A stretch of 32,000 nucleotides of DNA from Opitutia bacterium KCR 482 (lineage in GTDB: Bacteria; Verrucomicrobiota; Verrucomicrobiia; Opitutales; Intestinicryptomonadaceae). Below, one piece after another: positions 1-12,774 of the stretch (its first letter is position 1; the number at the start of each line of letters is the position of its first letter). The notes below the pieces were generated by a model. It saw only the letters and a program-made list of their open reading frames with translations, was not told the DNA's origin and did no database searches. The stretch is taken from assembly GCA_029269845.2 (NCBI GenBank), contig CP149973.1:2070001-2102000 (forward strand), written 5' to 3'. A program made the translations under genes and the position numbers.

Positions 1-657
1 GCGTGGGAGTATTCTCAGTCGGGCGGCCGCGCGGGCGGCGGGCGCGTGATTGTCGAGGGCTTTGTGGATTTCGACTACGAAATTACTCTGCTTACCGTAC
101 GCCACAGCGGCGGAACTTCGTTCTGCGAGCCGATAGGGCACAGGCAGGTTGACGGCGACTACCGCCAGAGCTGGCAGCCGTACCCGATGTCGCAAAAGGC
201 TCTCGAAGCCGCGCGGGAATGCGCAAAGAAAATTACCGACGCGCTCGGCGGATACGGAATTTTCGGCGTCGAGATGTTCGTCAGGGGCGACGAAGTTCTG
301 TTCAGCGAAGTCTCGCCGCGCCCGCACGACACGGGCATGGTCACGATGATTTCGCAAAACTTTTCGCAGTTCGCGTTGCACGCCCGCGCAATTTTGGGCA
401 TTCCGATTGCGAAAATCGAAAACTACGGGGCGTCGGCAAGCAGGGCGGTCGTCGTGGAGGGAAAGTCGGACATGCTTGAATATTCGGGCTTGGAAAAGGT
501 TCTTTCGCGCCCGCTTACCGACATGCGCCTTTTCGGCAAGCCGAGCGTTGACGGACACCGCAGAATGGGCGTTTTGCTCGCGCGGCGCGGCACTATAAAA
601 GAGGCTGACGCAATTACGGAGGAAATGCTAGCCGACCTGAAAATCAAACTGCTCTGA
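1..657 (+). CDS. purT: Formate-dependent GAR transformylase (phosphoribosylglycinamide formyltransferase 2), C-terminal ~218 codons; 5' end outside window
   Basis: Frame 1 is open from nt 1 ([35 protein letters not shown]...). ATP-grasp C-terminal half with [11 protein letters not shown] and GHRRMGV segments typical of PurT. Stop at 655-657 is followed by a hairpin and T-run. Confidence 0.85.
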   Translation, partial: AWEYSQSGGRAGGGRVIVEGFVDFDYEITLLTVRHSGGTSFCEPIGHRQVDGDYRQSWQPYPMSQKALEAARECAKKITDALGGYGIFGVEMFVRGDEVLFSEVSPRPHDTGMVTMISQNFSQFALHARAILGIPIAKIENYGASASRAVVVEGKSDMLEYSGLEKVLSRPLTDMRLFGKPSVDGHRRMGVLLARRGTIKEADAITEEMLADLKIKLL

Positions 658-670
658 TTTTCCGCAAAAC

Positions 671-712
671 AAAAAACGCCGCGCCCGCTGTTTGCGAATG
701 CGGCGTTTTTTT
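671..712. terminator. Bidirectional intrinsic terminator between convergent purT and the 62-aa ORF
   Basis: AAAAAACGCCGC ... GCGGCGTTTTTTT: GC stem flanked by an A-run on one side and a T-run on the other, sitting between two convergent stop codons (657 and 732). Confidence 0.7.
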
Positions 713-731
713 GCGCGGCTTGCGCCGCAGT

Positions 732-920
732 TTATGCCCTCGAAAATTTGAGCGAGCCGCGGGCGTCGTAGACGTATGTGCGCATGCCTCTTTTCACGGA
801 AACCGTCGCCGACGTGTAGCCTACGAGCGTGCCGATTTTCGTGAACAGCAGCGCGTTCTTTTCGTTGTAGACGTAGACTTGCGAGCCGTTTTGCCTGCAA
901 AATGCGATTGTCCTTTCCAT
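732..920 (-). CDS. Small hypothetical protein (62 aa), last gene of the purB-tgt-acyltransferase operon
   Basis: ATG at 918-920 lies 3 nt after the upstream stop (924-926). Codon usage resembles neighbouring genes. Internal duplication-like pattern (QVYVYNEKNALLF / RTYVYDARGSLKF). Followed by terminator 671-712. Confidence 0.55.
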   Translation of the reverse strand: MERTIAFCRQNGSQVYVYNEKNALLFTKIGTLVGYTSATVSVKRGMRTYVYDARGSLKFSRA

Positions 921-923
921 GTC

Positions 924-5975
<5,052 letters not shown>

Positions 5976-6046
5976 AATCGGCTCTTATAATGGATTTTTA
6001 TTTCGACTTTTGAAGCTTTTTTTTAAAGACTTCGCCATTCTTTTTT

Positions 6047-6940
6047 ATGGACGGCAAATATTACAAGGTTTTGGGCGGAAAAGGGCTTTCGCCGTGCACG
6101 CTTTTCGACTACACTCCGTTTCTGCCAAAGGACGGCAAGGCGGGGGCGTGGCTTCCCGAAATCGACTCCGCGAAAATGTCGTCCGACGGCTACTATGTGT
6201 CGAAGTACTGGAACATGTGGTATTCGGAGGGCGCGAGGATTTACGAGGTCGAAATAGACGGCGCGGACGCCTCGGGCCGCTACGCCGTGGAGGACCAGAT
6301 TTGCTGCCGCAGAATCCGCCTTCTGCGCGACGCCACCGAAGAGCTTCTGCCGCTTCTGCGCGACGCAAATTTCAATTTGGGAGAGTCGAATACGGGCGAA
6401 CGCAACATCGGCTCTTTCAACACGGGCGAGCGCAACTTGGGCAAGCGCAACACCGGCAAACTAAATTCGGGCGACTTCAACACGGGCGACAACAACACGG
6501 GCATCGACAACGTCGGCGACAAAAACGTCGGCAGCGCGAACGTCGGCAGCCTGAACATTGGGCACTCGAACACGGGCGACGGCAACGTCGGCAGCTACAA
6601 TTCGGGGCACTATAATAAGGGGAACGCAAATTCGGGAAGCTTCAACGCGGGCAACCGCAATTCGGGCAAATGGAATTTGGGCAGCTACAACGCGGGTTTT
6701 TTCAACACGCGCGACGCTCCGCTTTACATGTTCGACAAGCCCGTGGAAAACCTCAAAGCCCCGCAGGTCGTCCTGCCGAAATGGCTTAATTCGCCAAATC
6801 CGCGCGATTCGTTCGAATCCGCCGCGCCCGCCGACATCGCAAAAACCCTCCAACTTCCGAATTTCGACTATGCCGTGTTCGAGAAAATCACGGGAATTTC
6901 GAAGGCGGATTTCGACCGCAAGCTTGACGGCGAAAAGTAG
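6047..6940 (+). CDS. Repeat protein: ~105-aa N-terminal domain, 22 consecutive xxNxG pentads, ~75-aa C-terminal tail; function unknown
   Basis: ATG at 6047. Residues 108-217 read NFNLG ESNTG ERNIG SFNTG ERNLG KRNTG KLNSG DFNTG DNNTG IDNVG DKNVG SANVG SLNIG HSNTG DGNVG SYNSG HYNKG NANSG SFNAG NRNSG KWNLG SYNAG, then FFNTR. No signal peptide. Confidence 0.8.
   Translation: MDGKYYKVLGGKGLSPCTLFDYTPFLPKDGKAGAWLPEIDSAKMSSDGYYVSKYWNMWYSEGARIYEVEIDGADASGRYAVEDQICCRRIRLLRDATEELLPLLRDANFNLGESNTGERNIGSFNTGERNLGKRNTGKLNSGDFNTGDNNTGIDNVGDKNVGSANVGSLNIGHSNTGDGNVGSYNSGHYNKGNANSGSFNAGNRNSGKWNLGSYNAGFFNTRDAPLYMFDKPVENLKAPQVVLPKWLNSPNPRDSFESAAPADIAKTLQLPNFDYAVFEKITGISKADFDRKLDGEK
6368..6712 (+). repeat. In-frame 15-nt periodic coding repeat (xxNxG pentads x22-23)
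   Basis: AAC/AAT-NNN-GGC recurs every 15 nt. Repeats are degenerate at the DNA level, so this is not a recent expansion. Confidence 0.85.
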
Positions 6941-7113
6941 CTTCGGGAACGCGTCGGATAGGGCGTCGAAAGGTTTTGCGGAGAGCGCGTTTTACGCCTG
7001 ACGTTTTCCGTGCGGCACGCTTCGCCTTTGCCCGCGCTTGGGAATTTATCGGCGGCGGGAGTCGGCGCGTGTCCGCGGATTTCGCGTCGGGCGTTGCGTC
7101 CCCGTTTCTGGCG

Positions 7114-7761
7114 TTATTTTGCCGACAGAATGCGGGCGAGCACTTCCGCGTGCGAGTCGAACACGGGCGCGCCAAGCTTGCGCAGGTTTTCTCCGCAAAT
7201 GTGCCCAACCGACACGAGGGCGCAGTCCGCGCCGAGCGCGTCGGCGACCGCCTTGTCGTGGTCGGTATCGCCTACGATAATCGTTTCTTCGGGCTTTGCG
7301 CCAAGCTCTTTCATCAGCGATTTCCCCAAGTCTATCTTCGACCCCGCAAGAACGTTGTCCAGCCCGTACACGCAGTCGAGGTATTTGTCCAGCTCGAAGC
7401 GCAACACGCATTTCAGCAGAAAGTTGCGCTCGTACGCCGAGAGTATGCTCTGGCGGCAGCCCGCGTCTTTGAGCGCGCGCATGGCGTCCTCCGCGCCCTT
7501 GTGGAGCTTGCACTTGAAGCGTCTTTTGTTGTATTCGGAAACGTAGAAATGCCCCACTTTCTGGAAGTCGATTTTGTCGAAATCGTAGCCGTGCTCCTCG
7601 TAGAATTTGATTACGGGAAATCCGAATTCGCGCCGATATGTGTCGAGCGTGATTGTCGGGATTCCGAAGTGCAGGCACATTTTGTTGAATATGTCGGTGC
7701 TGAGCGCGGCGTCGTCGAGCAGCGTTCCGTTCCAATCCCAAATTACATATTTATACTTCAT
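7114..7761 (-). CDS. HAD-superfamily hydrolase (phosphoglycolate-phosphatase-like subfamily)
   Basis: Motif I VIWDWNGTLLDD at the N-terminus, motif IV-like IIVGDTDHD near the C-terminus, 215 aa. ATG at 7759-7761. Confidence 0.75.
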   Translation of the reverse strand: MKYKYVIWDWNGTLLDDAALSTDIFNKMCLHFGIPTITLDTYRREFGFPVIKFYEEHGYDFDKIDFQKVGHFYVSEYNKRRFKCKLHKGAEDAMRALKDAGCRQSILSAYERNFLLKCVLRFELDKYLDCVYGLDNVLAGSKIDLGKSLMKELGAKPEETIIVGDTDHDKAVADALGADCALVSVGHICGENLRKLGAPVFDSHAEVLARILSAK

Positions 7762-7817
7762 TTTGTTGCAAAAAATTCAAATTCTCTGCTTATATTATGC
7801 GCGAAAACAAATGCGAT

Positions 7818-8786
7818 ATGAAAATTAAAAAAATTGCAATTCTCGACGGATTCACAAGCGTGCGCGACGACCTCGACTGGCATTCTCTCGACGCCATCGC
7901 CGAAGTCTCCGCCTACGACAGAACCCCGCCCGCGCTCGTCCTCGAACGCTGCGCCGACGCCGACGCCGTGCTTACCAACAAGGTCGTTCTGAACGCGGAG
8001 CATTTTGCAAAACTGCCGAACCTCAAATACGTCGGCGTGCTCGCCACGGGCTACAACAACGTCGATTTGAAAGCCGCCCGCGAGCGCGGCATCGACATCA
8101 CGAATATTCCCGCGTACAGCACCGACAGCGTGGCGCAGTCGGTCTTCGCCCACATCTTGAACATTGCCGAAATGACCGAACTCCACGCGCAGGCGGTCTG
8201 CCGCGGCGAGTGGACAAGCTCGAAAGACGTTTTCTTCTGCCTCGGCAGCCTCACCGAGCTTGCGGGGCTTACAATCGGCATAATCGGCTACGGCGCGATA
8301 GGGAAAGCCGTAGCGCGGATTGCAAAGGCGTTCGGCATGTCCGCGCTCGCCTACACGCCGCGCCTTAAAGTCGGCGATTCCGACGCAAACGCGACGTTCG
8401 CAAGCCTCGACGACATCTTCGGAAAATCCGACATCGTGAGCCTGAACTGCCCGCTCAACGCCTCCACCGACCGCATAATAAACGCAGAAAACATCGCAAA
8501 AATGAAGGACGGCGCGTGGATTATCAACACGGGGCGCGGCGGGCTTGTCGACGAGCAGGCTCTCGCCGACGCCCTCAAAAGCGGGAAAATCGGCGCGGCG
8601 GGCGTTGACGTGCTGTCGTCCGAGCCTCCGCCGTCGTCGAATCCGCTCATAGGCGCGCCCAACTGCCGCATTACGCCGCACACGGCGTGGACAAAGTTTG
8701 CCGCCAGAAAGCGTCTGATAAAAATCGCGCGCGACAATCTTGCCGCGTGGGTTGCGGGAAAGCCCGTAAACGTAGTTAATCCGTAG
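7818..8786 (+). CDS. NAD-dependent D-2-hydroxyacid dehydrogenase (glycerate dehydrogenase / hydroxypyruvate reductase-like)
   Basis: Rossmann motif GIIGYGAIGKAVA; catalytic region NTGRGGLVDE ... ITPHTAW. I prefer the MKIKKIAIL start (ATG 7818) over ATG 7797. Confidence 0.8.
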   Translation: MKIKKIAILDGFTSVRDDLDWHSLDAIAEVSAYDRTPPALVLERCADADAVLTNKVVLNAEHFAKLPNLKYVGVLATGYNNVDLKAARERGIDITNIPAYSTDSVAQSVFAHILNIAEMTELHAQAVCRGEWTSSKDVFFCLGSLTELAGLTIGIIGYGAIGKAVARIAKAFGMSALAYTPRLKVGDSDANATFASLDDIFGKSDIVSLNCPLNASTDRIINAENIAKMKDGAWIINTGRGGLVDEQALADALKSGKIGAAGVDVLSSEPPPSSNPLIGAPNCRITPHTAWTKFAARKRLIKIARDNLAAWVAGKPVNVVNP

Positions 8787-8847
8787 ACGCCGTTCGGAGC
8801 GGACGGACGCGGACAATTCGGAATAGGGGGGAGCGGCTCGTGCCGAA

Positions 8848-9273
8848 TTGAATGTTTCGCAGACTTTCGTTCTCGACTTTCGAAAGACGGCCAGCGCGAA
8901 TTTGAGCATTGCTTCCTCCGCAGTGCTTACCGTCGCCAGCTGGTATGTGCACGAAAATATTGCCGATACCGCCGCTCCAACAGCGGTTGTTTTGAACGAC
9001 TTTGTTTCCAACAGCATTTTTCTCGCCGATTCGGCAATTACAGCGTACGACATTTCCGACGACGGCGTTTTGAGCGTATCGTATACCCAAGGCACGCAAG
9101 TGAAGAGGCAGAATTTCTCGTTCCTCGACAAAAACGGCGACATTATCGCCATGAAGCTTGTTGACGGCGTCGGCGGCAAATACCTCTCGACAGCGATTCC
9201 CGAACCCGCCGAATGGGCGGCGGTTTTCGGCGCGCTCGCCTTGGGCTTTGCGGTCTGCCGCAGAAGACGCTAA
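8848..9273 (+). CDS. PEP-CTERM domain protein fragment (141 aa) lacking a signal peptide; possible 5'-truncated gene remnant
   Basis: C-terminus IPEPAEWAAVFGALALGFAVCRRRR matches PEP motif + TM helix + basic tail. The tail region is paralogous to the C-terminus of the 26747-28615 protein. The only in-frame start is TTG 8848, there is no N-terminal hydrophobic leader, and an in-frame stop lies just upstream. Confidence 0.5.
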   Translation: MNVSQTFVLDFRKTASANLSIASSAVLTVASWYVHENIADTAAPTAVVLNDFVSNSIFLADSAITAYDISDDGVLSVSYTQGTQVKRQNFSFLDKNGDIIAMKLVDGVGGKYLSTAIPEPAEWAAVFGALALGFAVCRRRR

Positions 9274-9284
9274 AACGCCTTCAC

Positions 9285-9318
9285 GAAAAAAAAGGGGCTT
9301 ATTCAAGCTCCTTTTTTT
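9285..9318 (+). terminator. Intrinsic terminator after the PEP-CTERM fragment
   Basis: A-run, then stem GGGGCTT (9294-9300) / AAGCTCC (9305-9311) with one G-U pair and loop ATTC, followed by T7. Confidence 0.65.
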
Positions 9319-9603
9319 GCGCCTTGCGTCTGTTTTTTTTGAAGAAAAAGCTTGTCAGGCTGAAGTTTATCTACATTCTGTTTGAGAATTGGCGTCAGAG
9401 TGGGGCGCGTTTGATTGGTGGTTCGGGCTTTTTGTGGAGATTTTTTTCTCTGTTAAAAGTGTCGGGCTTAGGTTGGTCAAATCGCAAACCGTTCCGCAAT
9501 TCCCTCGAACAAAGGGTTCAACGGCGTTTTTCGGCGACGTGCCGCGAACGCGGGCTTCGACAGCAAGCCCCCGAAAAATTGCGAACAATAGAAAGAAACA
9601 AAT

Positions 9604-9876
9604 ATGTCAGACCACAATACAGTAGACAAAGCGTCGATAATCAAGGAATACCGTCTCGACGAAAAAGACACGGGCTCCTGCGAAGTGCAAATCGCGATTC
9701 TGAGCGCGCGCATCGCGCACCTCACCGCGCACCTTGCCACAAACAAGAAAGACTTCCACTCGCGCCGCGGCCTTATCGCTATGACGAGCCGCCGCAGAAA
9801 GCTTCTCGACTACCTCAAAAAGCACTCGCTCGACCGCTACAACAGCATAATCCAGCGTCTCAAACTCCGCAAATAA
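9604..9876 (+). CDS. rpsO: 30S ribosomal protein S15
   Basis: 90 aa with [31 protein letters not shown]...RRRKLLDYL, the canonical S15 sequence. Upstream of pnp, as in the classical operon. Confidence 0.95.
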   Translation: MSDHNTVDKASIIKEYRLDEKDTGSCEVQIAILSARIAHLTAHLATNKKDFHSRRGLIAMTSRRRKLLDYLKKHSLDRYNSIIQRLKLRK

Positions 9877-9910
9877 TGTTGCGCGGTTTTGCAAATTAAG
9901 TTTTTTATCC

Positions 9911-9952
9911 GACGGGGCAAGTTCGTTTCTACCGCTTGCCCCGTCTTTGTTT
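9911..9952 (+). terminator. rpsO-pnp intercistronic hairpin (attenuating terminator / probable processing site of the pnp leader)
   Basis: Perfect 11-bp stem GACGGGGCAAG (9911-9921) / CTTGCCCCGTC (9935-9945) followed by TTTGTTT. The position matches the well-known rpsO terminator / pnp leader arrangement. Confidence 0.6.
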
Positions 9953-10039
9953 AACGCCTTTCGGGGGGGCCTCCCCGTTTTGAACTCCGCCGGCTCTGAA
10001 CGTCCGACCCGTTCGCGGCAATAATAAGAAAGATACATA

Positions 10040-12187
10040 ATGGAACAGAAATACAGCGTAGAGGTTAAAGACCTCGGCATAACAATCTCGACGGGAACAA
10101 TCGCAAAACAGGCGAACGGTTCCGTCACAATCAGCTTGGGAGAAACGACGCTCCTCGTCAACGCGACCGCCGCAGGCGCGCTCCGCGACGGGCAGGACTT
10201 CTTTCCCCTTACCGTCGATTACCGCGAAACTTTCTCGGCGGCGGGCAAATTCCCCGGCGGCTACTTCAAGCGCGAAGGCCGTCCGAGCGAAAAGGAAATC
10301 CTCACTTCGCGCCTTTGCGACCGTCCGCTTCGCCCGCTCTTCCCCAAGGGCTTCATGAACGAAGTTCAGGTTATCGGTCTGCTCCTCTCCGCCGACATGG
10401 TTAACGAGCCCGACATTCTCATGGTAAACGGCGCGTCGGCCGCAATGCTCATTTCCGACATTCCGTGGAACGGCCCCGTCGGCTGTATCCGTCTCGGCGA
10501 AATCGACGGCCAGTTCGTCGTAAACCCCACGCACGAGCAAATGCTCGACTCTACCCTCGACCTCATCTACGTCGGCAACGAGCGCGAAATGATGATGATT
10601 GAAGGTTCGGCGGAACAGATTCCCGTTGACCGCTTTGTCGAAGCCCTCGAATTTGCGCAGAAGGAAATCCAGAAGATTATCGACGCGCAAAAGGAGCTTG
10701 CAAAGCTCTGCGGCAAGCAGAAAAAGGAATTTCCGCTCATCGTCTGCAAGCCCGAAATTCTCGACATGTGCAAGGAATTTGTCGGCGGCAGACTGCTCGA
10801 AGCCGTCTTCCAGGACAACAAGCTCAAGCGTCAGGCAGACGTCGACGCGCTCATGAACGAAACCGCCGAAGCCGTCAAGGCGAAAATCGGCGAAGAGGAA
10901 TTCGACATGGCGCAAATCAAAATGGCGTTTGAAGTTCTCCAAGAGGAAGTCTACCGCGAAAACATTCTCGACGCGGGCAAGCGTTGCGACGGCCGCTCCT
11001 ACACCGACCTCCGCCCCATTTGGTGCAAGACCAACGTTTTGCCCCGCGTTCACGGAAGCGCGATTTTCACCCGCGGCGAAACTCAGGCTCTCGTCATGAC
11101 CACCCTCGGCACGAGCAAGGACTTTCAGGAGCTTGACGGACTCACGGGAGGCACAAAGCAAAAGTCGTTCATTCTGCACTACAACTTCCCGCCTTACTCG
11201 GTCGGCGAAACGGGCCGCTTCGGCACTCCCGGACGCCGCGAAATCGGGCACGGCGCGCTGGCGGAACGCTCGCTTCTGCCCGTTCTACCCTCGGAGGACG
11301 AATTCCCCTACGCAATCCGCGTCGTTTCCGAAATCATGGAGTCGAACGGTTCGACCTCCATGGCTTCCGTCTGCGGCGGCTGCCTTAGCCTCATGGACGC
11401 GGGCGTTCCGATTGAAACCCCCGTCGCTGGCATCAGCTGCGGCTTGGTAACGCGCTTCGACGAAAACGGCAAGCTGCTCAAGCACGTCGTTCTCACCGAC
11501 ATCATCGGCGCGGAAGACCATTTCGGCGACATGGACTTCAAAATCTGCGGCACAAAGAACGGCATCACGGGCTTCCAACTCGACCTCAAAATTCAGGGTC
11601 TGCCCATGGACATCGCAAAGGAGGCAATCTACCGCAACCGCGACACCAGAATGCAGATTCTCGACATTATGAAGGCGGAAATCGAAAAGCCGAACGCCGA
11701 GCTGAAACCCACCGCGCCCCGCATCAAGTCTCTTCAAATCGACCCCGACAAAATCGGCATGCTCATCGGCCCCGGAGGCAAGAACATTCGCCGCATAGTC
11801 GAAGTTTCCGGTGCGCAAATCGACGTCGACGACGACAATCCCGGACGCGTTCTCGTCTACGCAACCAGCGCGGACTCCATGAACAGGGCTGTTTCCGAAA
11901 TCGAGCTTGTAACGGGCGAAATCGAAGTCGGCAAGACATACCGCGGCATTGTGCGTTCCATCAAGGAATTCGGCGCGTTTGTCGAATGTCTCCCCGGCAA
12001 GGAGGGTCTTGTGCACATCTCCGAGTTGGCGGACTTCCGCGTAAACAAGACCGAGGACGTTTGCAAGCTTGGCGACGAAATCATTGTCAAGTGCATTGGC
12101 ATTGACGACAAGGGCCGCGTAAAGCTTTCGCGCCGCGCGGCGCTCTGCGAGCAGCAAGGTATACCCTACGAACAGCGTGCAAGGTAG
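10040..12187 (+). CDS. pnp: Polyribonucleotide nucleotidyltransferase (PNPase)
   Basis: 715 aa: two RNase PH-like domains, a KH domain ([15 protein letters not shown]) and an S1 domain ([19 protein letters not shown]). ATG at 10040. Confidence 0.95.
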   Translation: MEQKYSVEVKDLGITISTGTIAKQANGSVTISLGETTLLVNATAAGALRDGQDFFPLTVDYRETFSAAGKFPGGYFKREGRPSEKEILTSRLCDRPLRPLFPKGFMNEVQVIGLLLSADMVNEPDILMVNGASAAMLISDIPWNGPVGCIRLGEIDGQFVVNPTHEQMLDSTLDLIYVGNEREMMMIEGSAEQIPVDRFVEALEFAQKEIQKIIDAQKELAKLCGKQKKEFPLIVCKPEILDMCKEFVGGRLLEAVFQDNKLKRQADVDALMNETAEAVKAKIGEEEFDMAQIKMAFEVLQEEVYRENILDAGKRCDGRSYTDLRPIWCKTNVLPRVHGSAIFTRGETQALVMTTLGTSKDFQELDGLTGGTKQKSFILHYNFPPYSVGETGRFGTPGRREIGHGALAERSLLPVLPSEDEFPYAIRVVSEIMESNGSTSMASVCGGCLSLMDAGVPIETPVAGISCGLVTRFDENGKLLKHVVLTDIIGAEDHFGDMDFKICGTKNGITGFQLDLKIQGLPMDIAKEAIYRNRDTRMQILDIMKAEIEKPNAELKPTAPRIKSLQIDPDKIGMLIGPGGKNIRRIVEVSGAQIDVDDDNPGRVLVYATSADSMNRAVSEIELVTGEIEVGKTYRGIVRSIKEFGAFVECLPGKEGLVHISELADFRVNKTEDVCKLGDEIIVKCIGIDDKGRVKLSRRAALCEQQGIPYEQRAR

Positions 12188-12252
12188 CGCGAGTAGGTAG
12201 CGCGAACCTGCGGGACTTGTTTGTTCCGTAGCAGAGTCATACTCGAAAACGA

Positions 12253-12290
12253 AAGGGGGCAGTACGTAAGTACAGCCCCCTTCCTTTTTC
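12253..12290 (+). terminator. pnp intrinsic terminator
   Basis: Stem GGGGGCAGTAC (12255-65) / GTACAGCCCCC (12270-80): 10 bp plus one mismatch, loop GTAA, followed by TTCCTTTTTC. Confidence 0.65.
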
Positions 12291-12326
12291 TCCGTGTGCC
12301 TCTCCTACGGAAGCAAACCGTACCTC

Positions 12327-12436
12327 GCAGAACCGCGCAGGGATATTTGCGGATTGCCGAGGTTTTTTAATTTTAGTGCGCGATTTCATCGCGCGGTAGA
12401 TTTTGGGTTTTTTTTAGGATACCTGACGGAGGAAGT
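12327..12436 (+). repeat. Copy A of a ~110-bp intergenic direct repeat
   Basis: GCAGAACCGCGC...GCGGATTGCCGAGG...TAGTGCGCGATTTCATCGCGCGGTAGATTTT..T-run..AGGATACCTGACGGAG. Contains the perfect hairpin GCGCGAT-TTC-ATCGCGC (12378-12394). Confidence 0.8.
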
Positions 12437-12682
12437 TGCGGGCAGGGATTTTTTTGTTTTTTTAGGTAGCCTGACGGAGTGAAGTAGGGGGCTGGGGTTT
12501 TTATTTTTAGGTTTTGTTTTTTAGGATACCTCGCGGGAAAAGTTTTGGGGCGAGTGTGTATGTAAATTGGGCAGAACCGCGCTGGGAAGTTGGCGGATTG
12601 CCGAGGGTTTATTTATTTTAGTGCGCGATTTCATCGCGCGGTAGATTTTTGGTTTTTTTTAGGATACCTGACGGAGTGAAGA
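12416..12682 (+). repeat. Four dispersed copies of a 22-mer AGGATACCTGACGGAGKGAAGW, each preceded by a T-run
   Basis: Copies start at 12416, 12464 (AGGTAGCCTGACGGAGTGAAGT), 12523 (degenerate AGGATACCTCGCGGGAAAAGT) and 12661. Spacing is 48, 59 and 138 bp. Each is followed by a G-rich tract. Confidence 0.75.
12571..12682 (+). repeat. Copy B of the ~110-bp intergenic direct repeat
   Basis: Roughly 90% identical by eye to copy A, 244 bp downstream of it. Same hairpin at 12623-12639. Confidence 0.8.
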
Positions 12683-12729
12683 GTTGTGTCTGTGCAGGTG
12701 GCTTCTTTTTATTTTTCAGGTCATATATG

Positions 12730-12762
12730 CAAAAAAACGGAAAGCGTTTTGCTTTCCGTTTT
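12730..12762 (-). terminator. lutC intrinsic terminator (usable in both directions)
   Basis: Stem CGGAAAGC (12738-45) / GCTTTCCG (12751-58). T7 follows on the minus strand (A-run 12731-37) and TTTT on the plus strand. Confidence 0.75.
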
Positions 12763-12774
12763 GTGTGTGGTTTG

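Noticed and set aside
7797-7817. Upstream ATG 7797 as the start of the 2-hydroxyacid dehydrogenase (MRENKCDMKIKK...).
   Set aside because: The family normally starts with MKI..I; ATG 7818 gives MKIKKIAILDG. ATG 7797 lies only 36 nt from the divergent HAD gene start. I cannot exclude it without homologue alignment.
9480-9603. S15 autoregulatory leader upstream of rpsO: several small hairpins such as CCGTT...AACGG, CCGCG-AA-CGCGG and CGGGCTT...AAGCCCCG.
   Set aside because: S15 leader structures are lineage-specific and I cannot match this one to a described pseudoknot or three-way junction by eye. Too weak to call as a feature.
9929-11251. Long antisense or alternative-frame ORFs: 9929-11251 (440 aa, opposite pnp), 7758-9179 (473 aa), 30306-31898 (530 aa), 3788-4789, 4797-5900, 711-1520, 1527-2297, 2580-3629, 12995-14080, 24380-25183, 29051-30127 and similar.
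   Set aside because: All overlap confidently identified genes on the other strand or frame. They are Arg/Ala/Gly/Val-rich low-complexity translations typical of shadow ORFs in GC-rich DNA, lack motifs, and often begin at non-ATG codons.
12409-12685. Possible degenerate CRISPR array: four ~30-nt units GTTTTTTTTAGGATACCTGACGGAGTGAAG.
   Set aside because: Spacing is irregular (48, 59, 138 bp), leaving only ~17-30 nt between units. The units are degenerate, part of the spacing is itself a larger 110-bp repeat, and no cas genes or leader are present.
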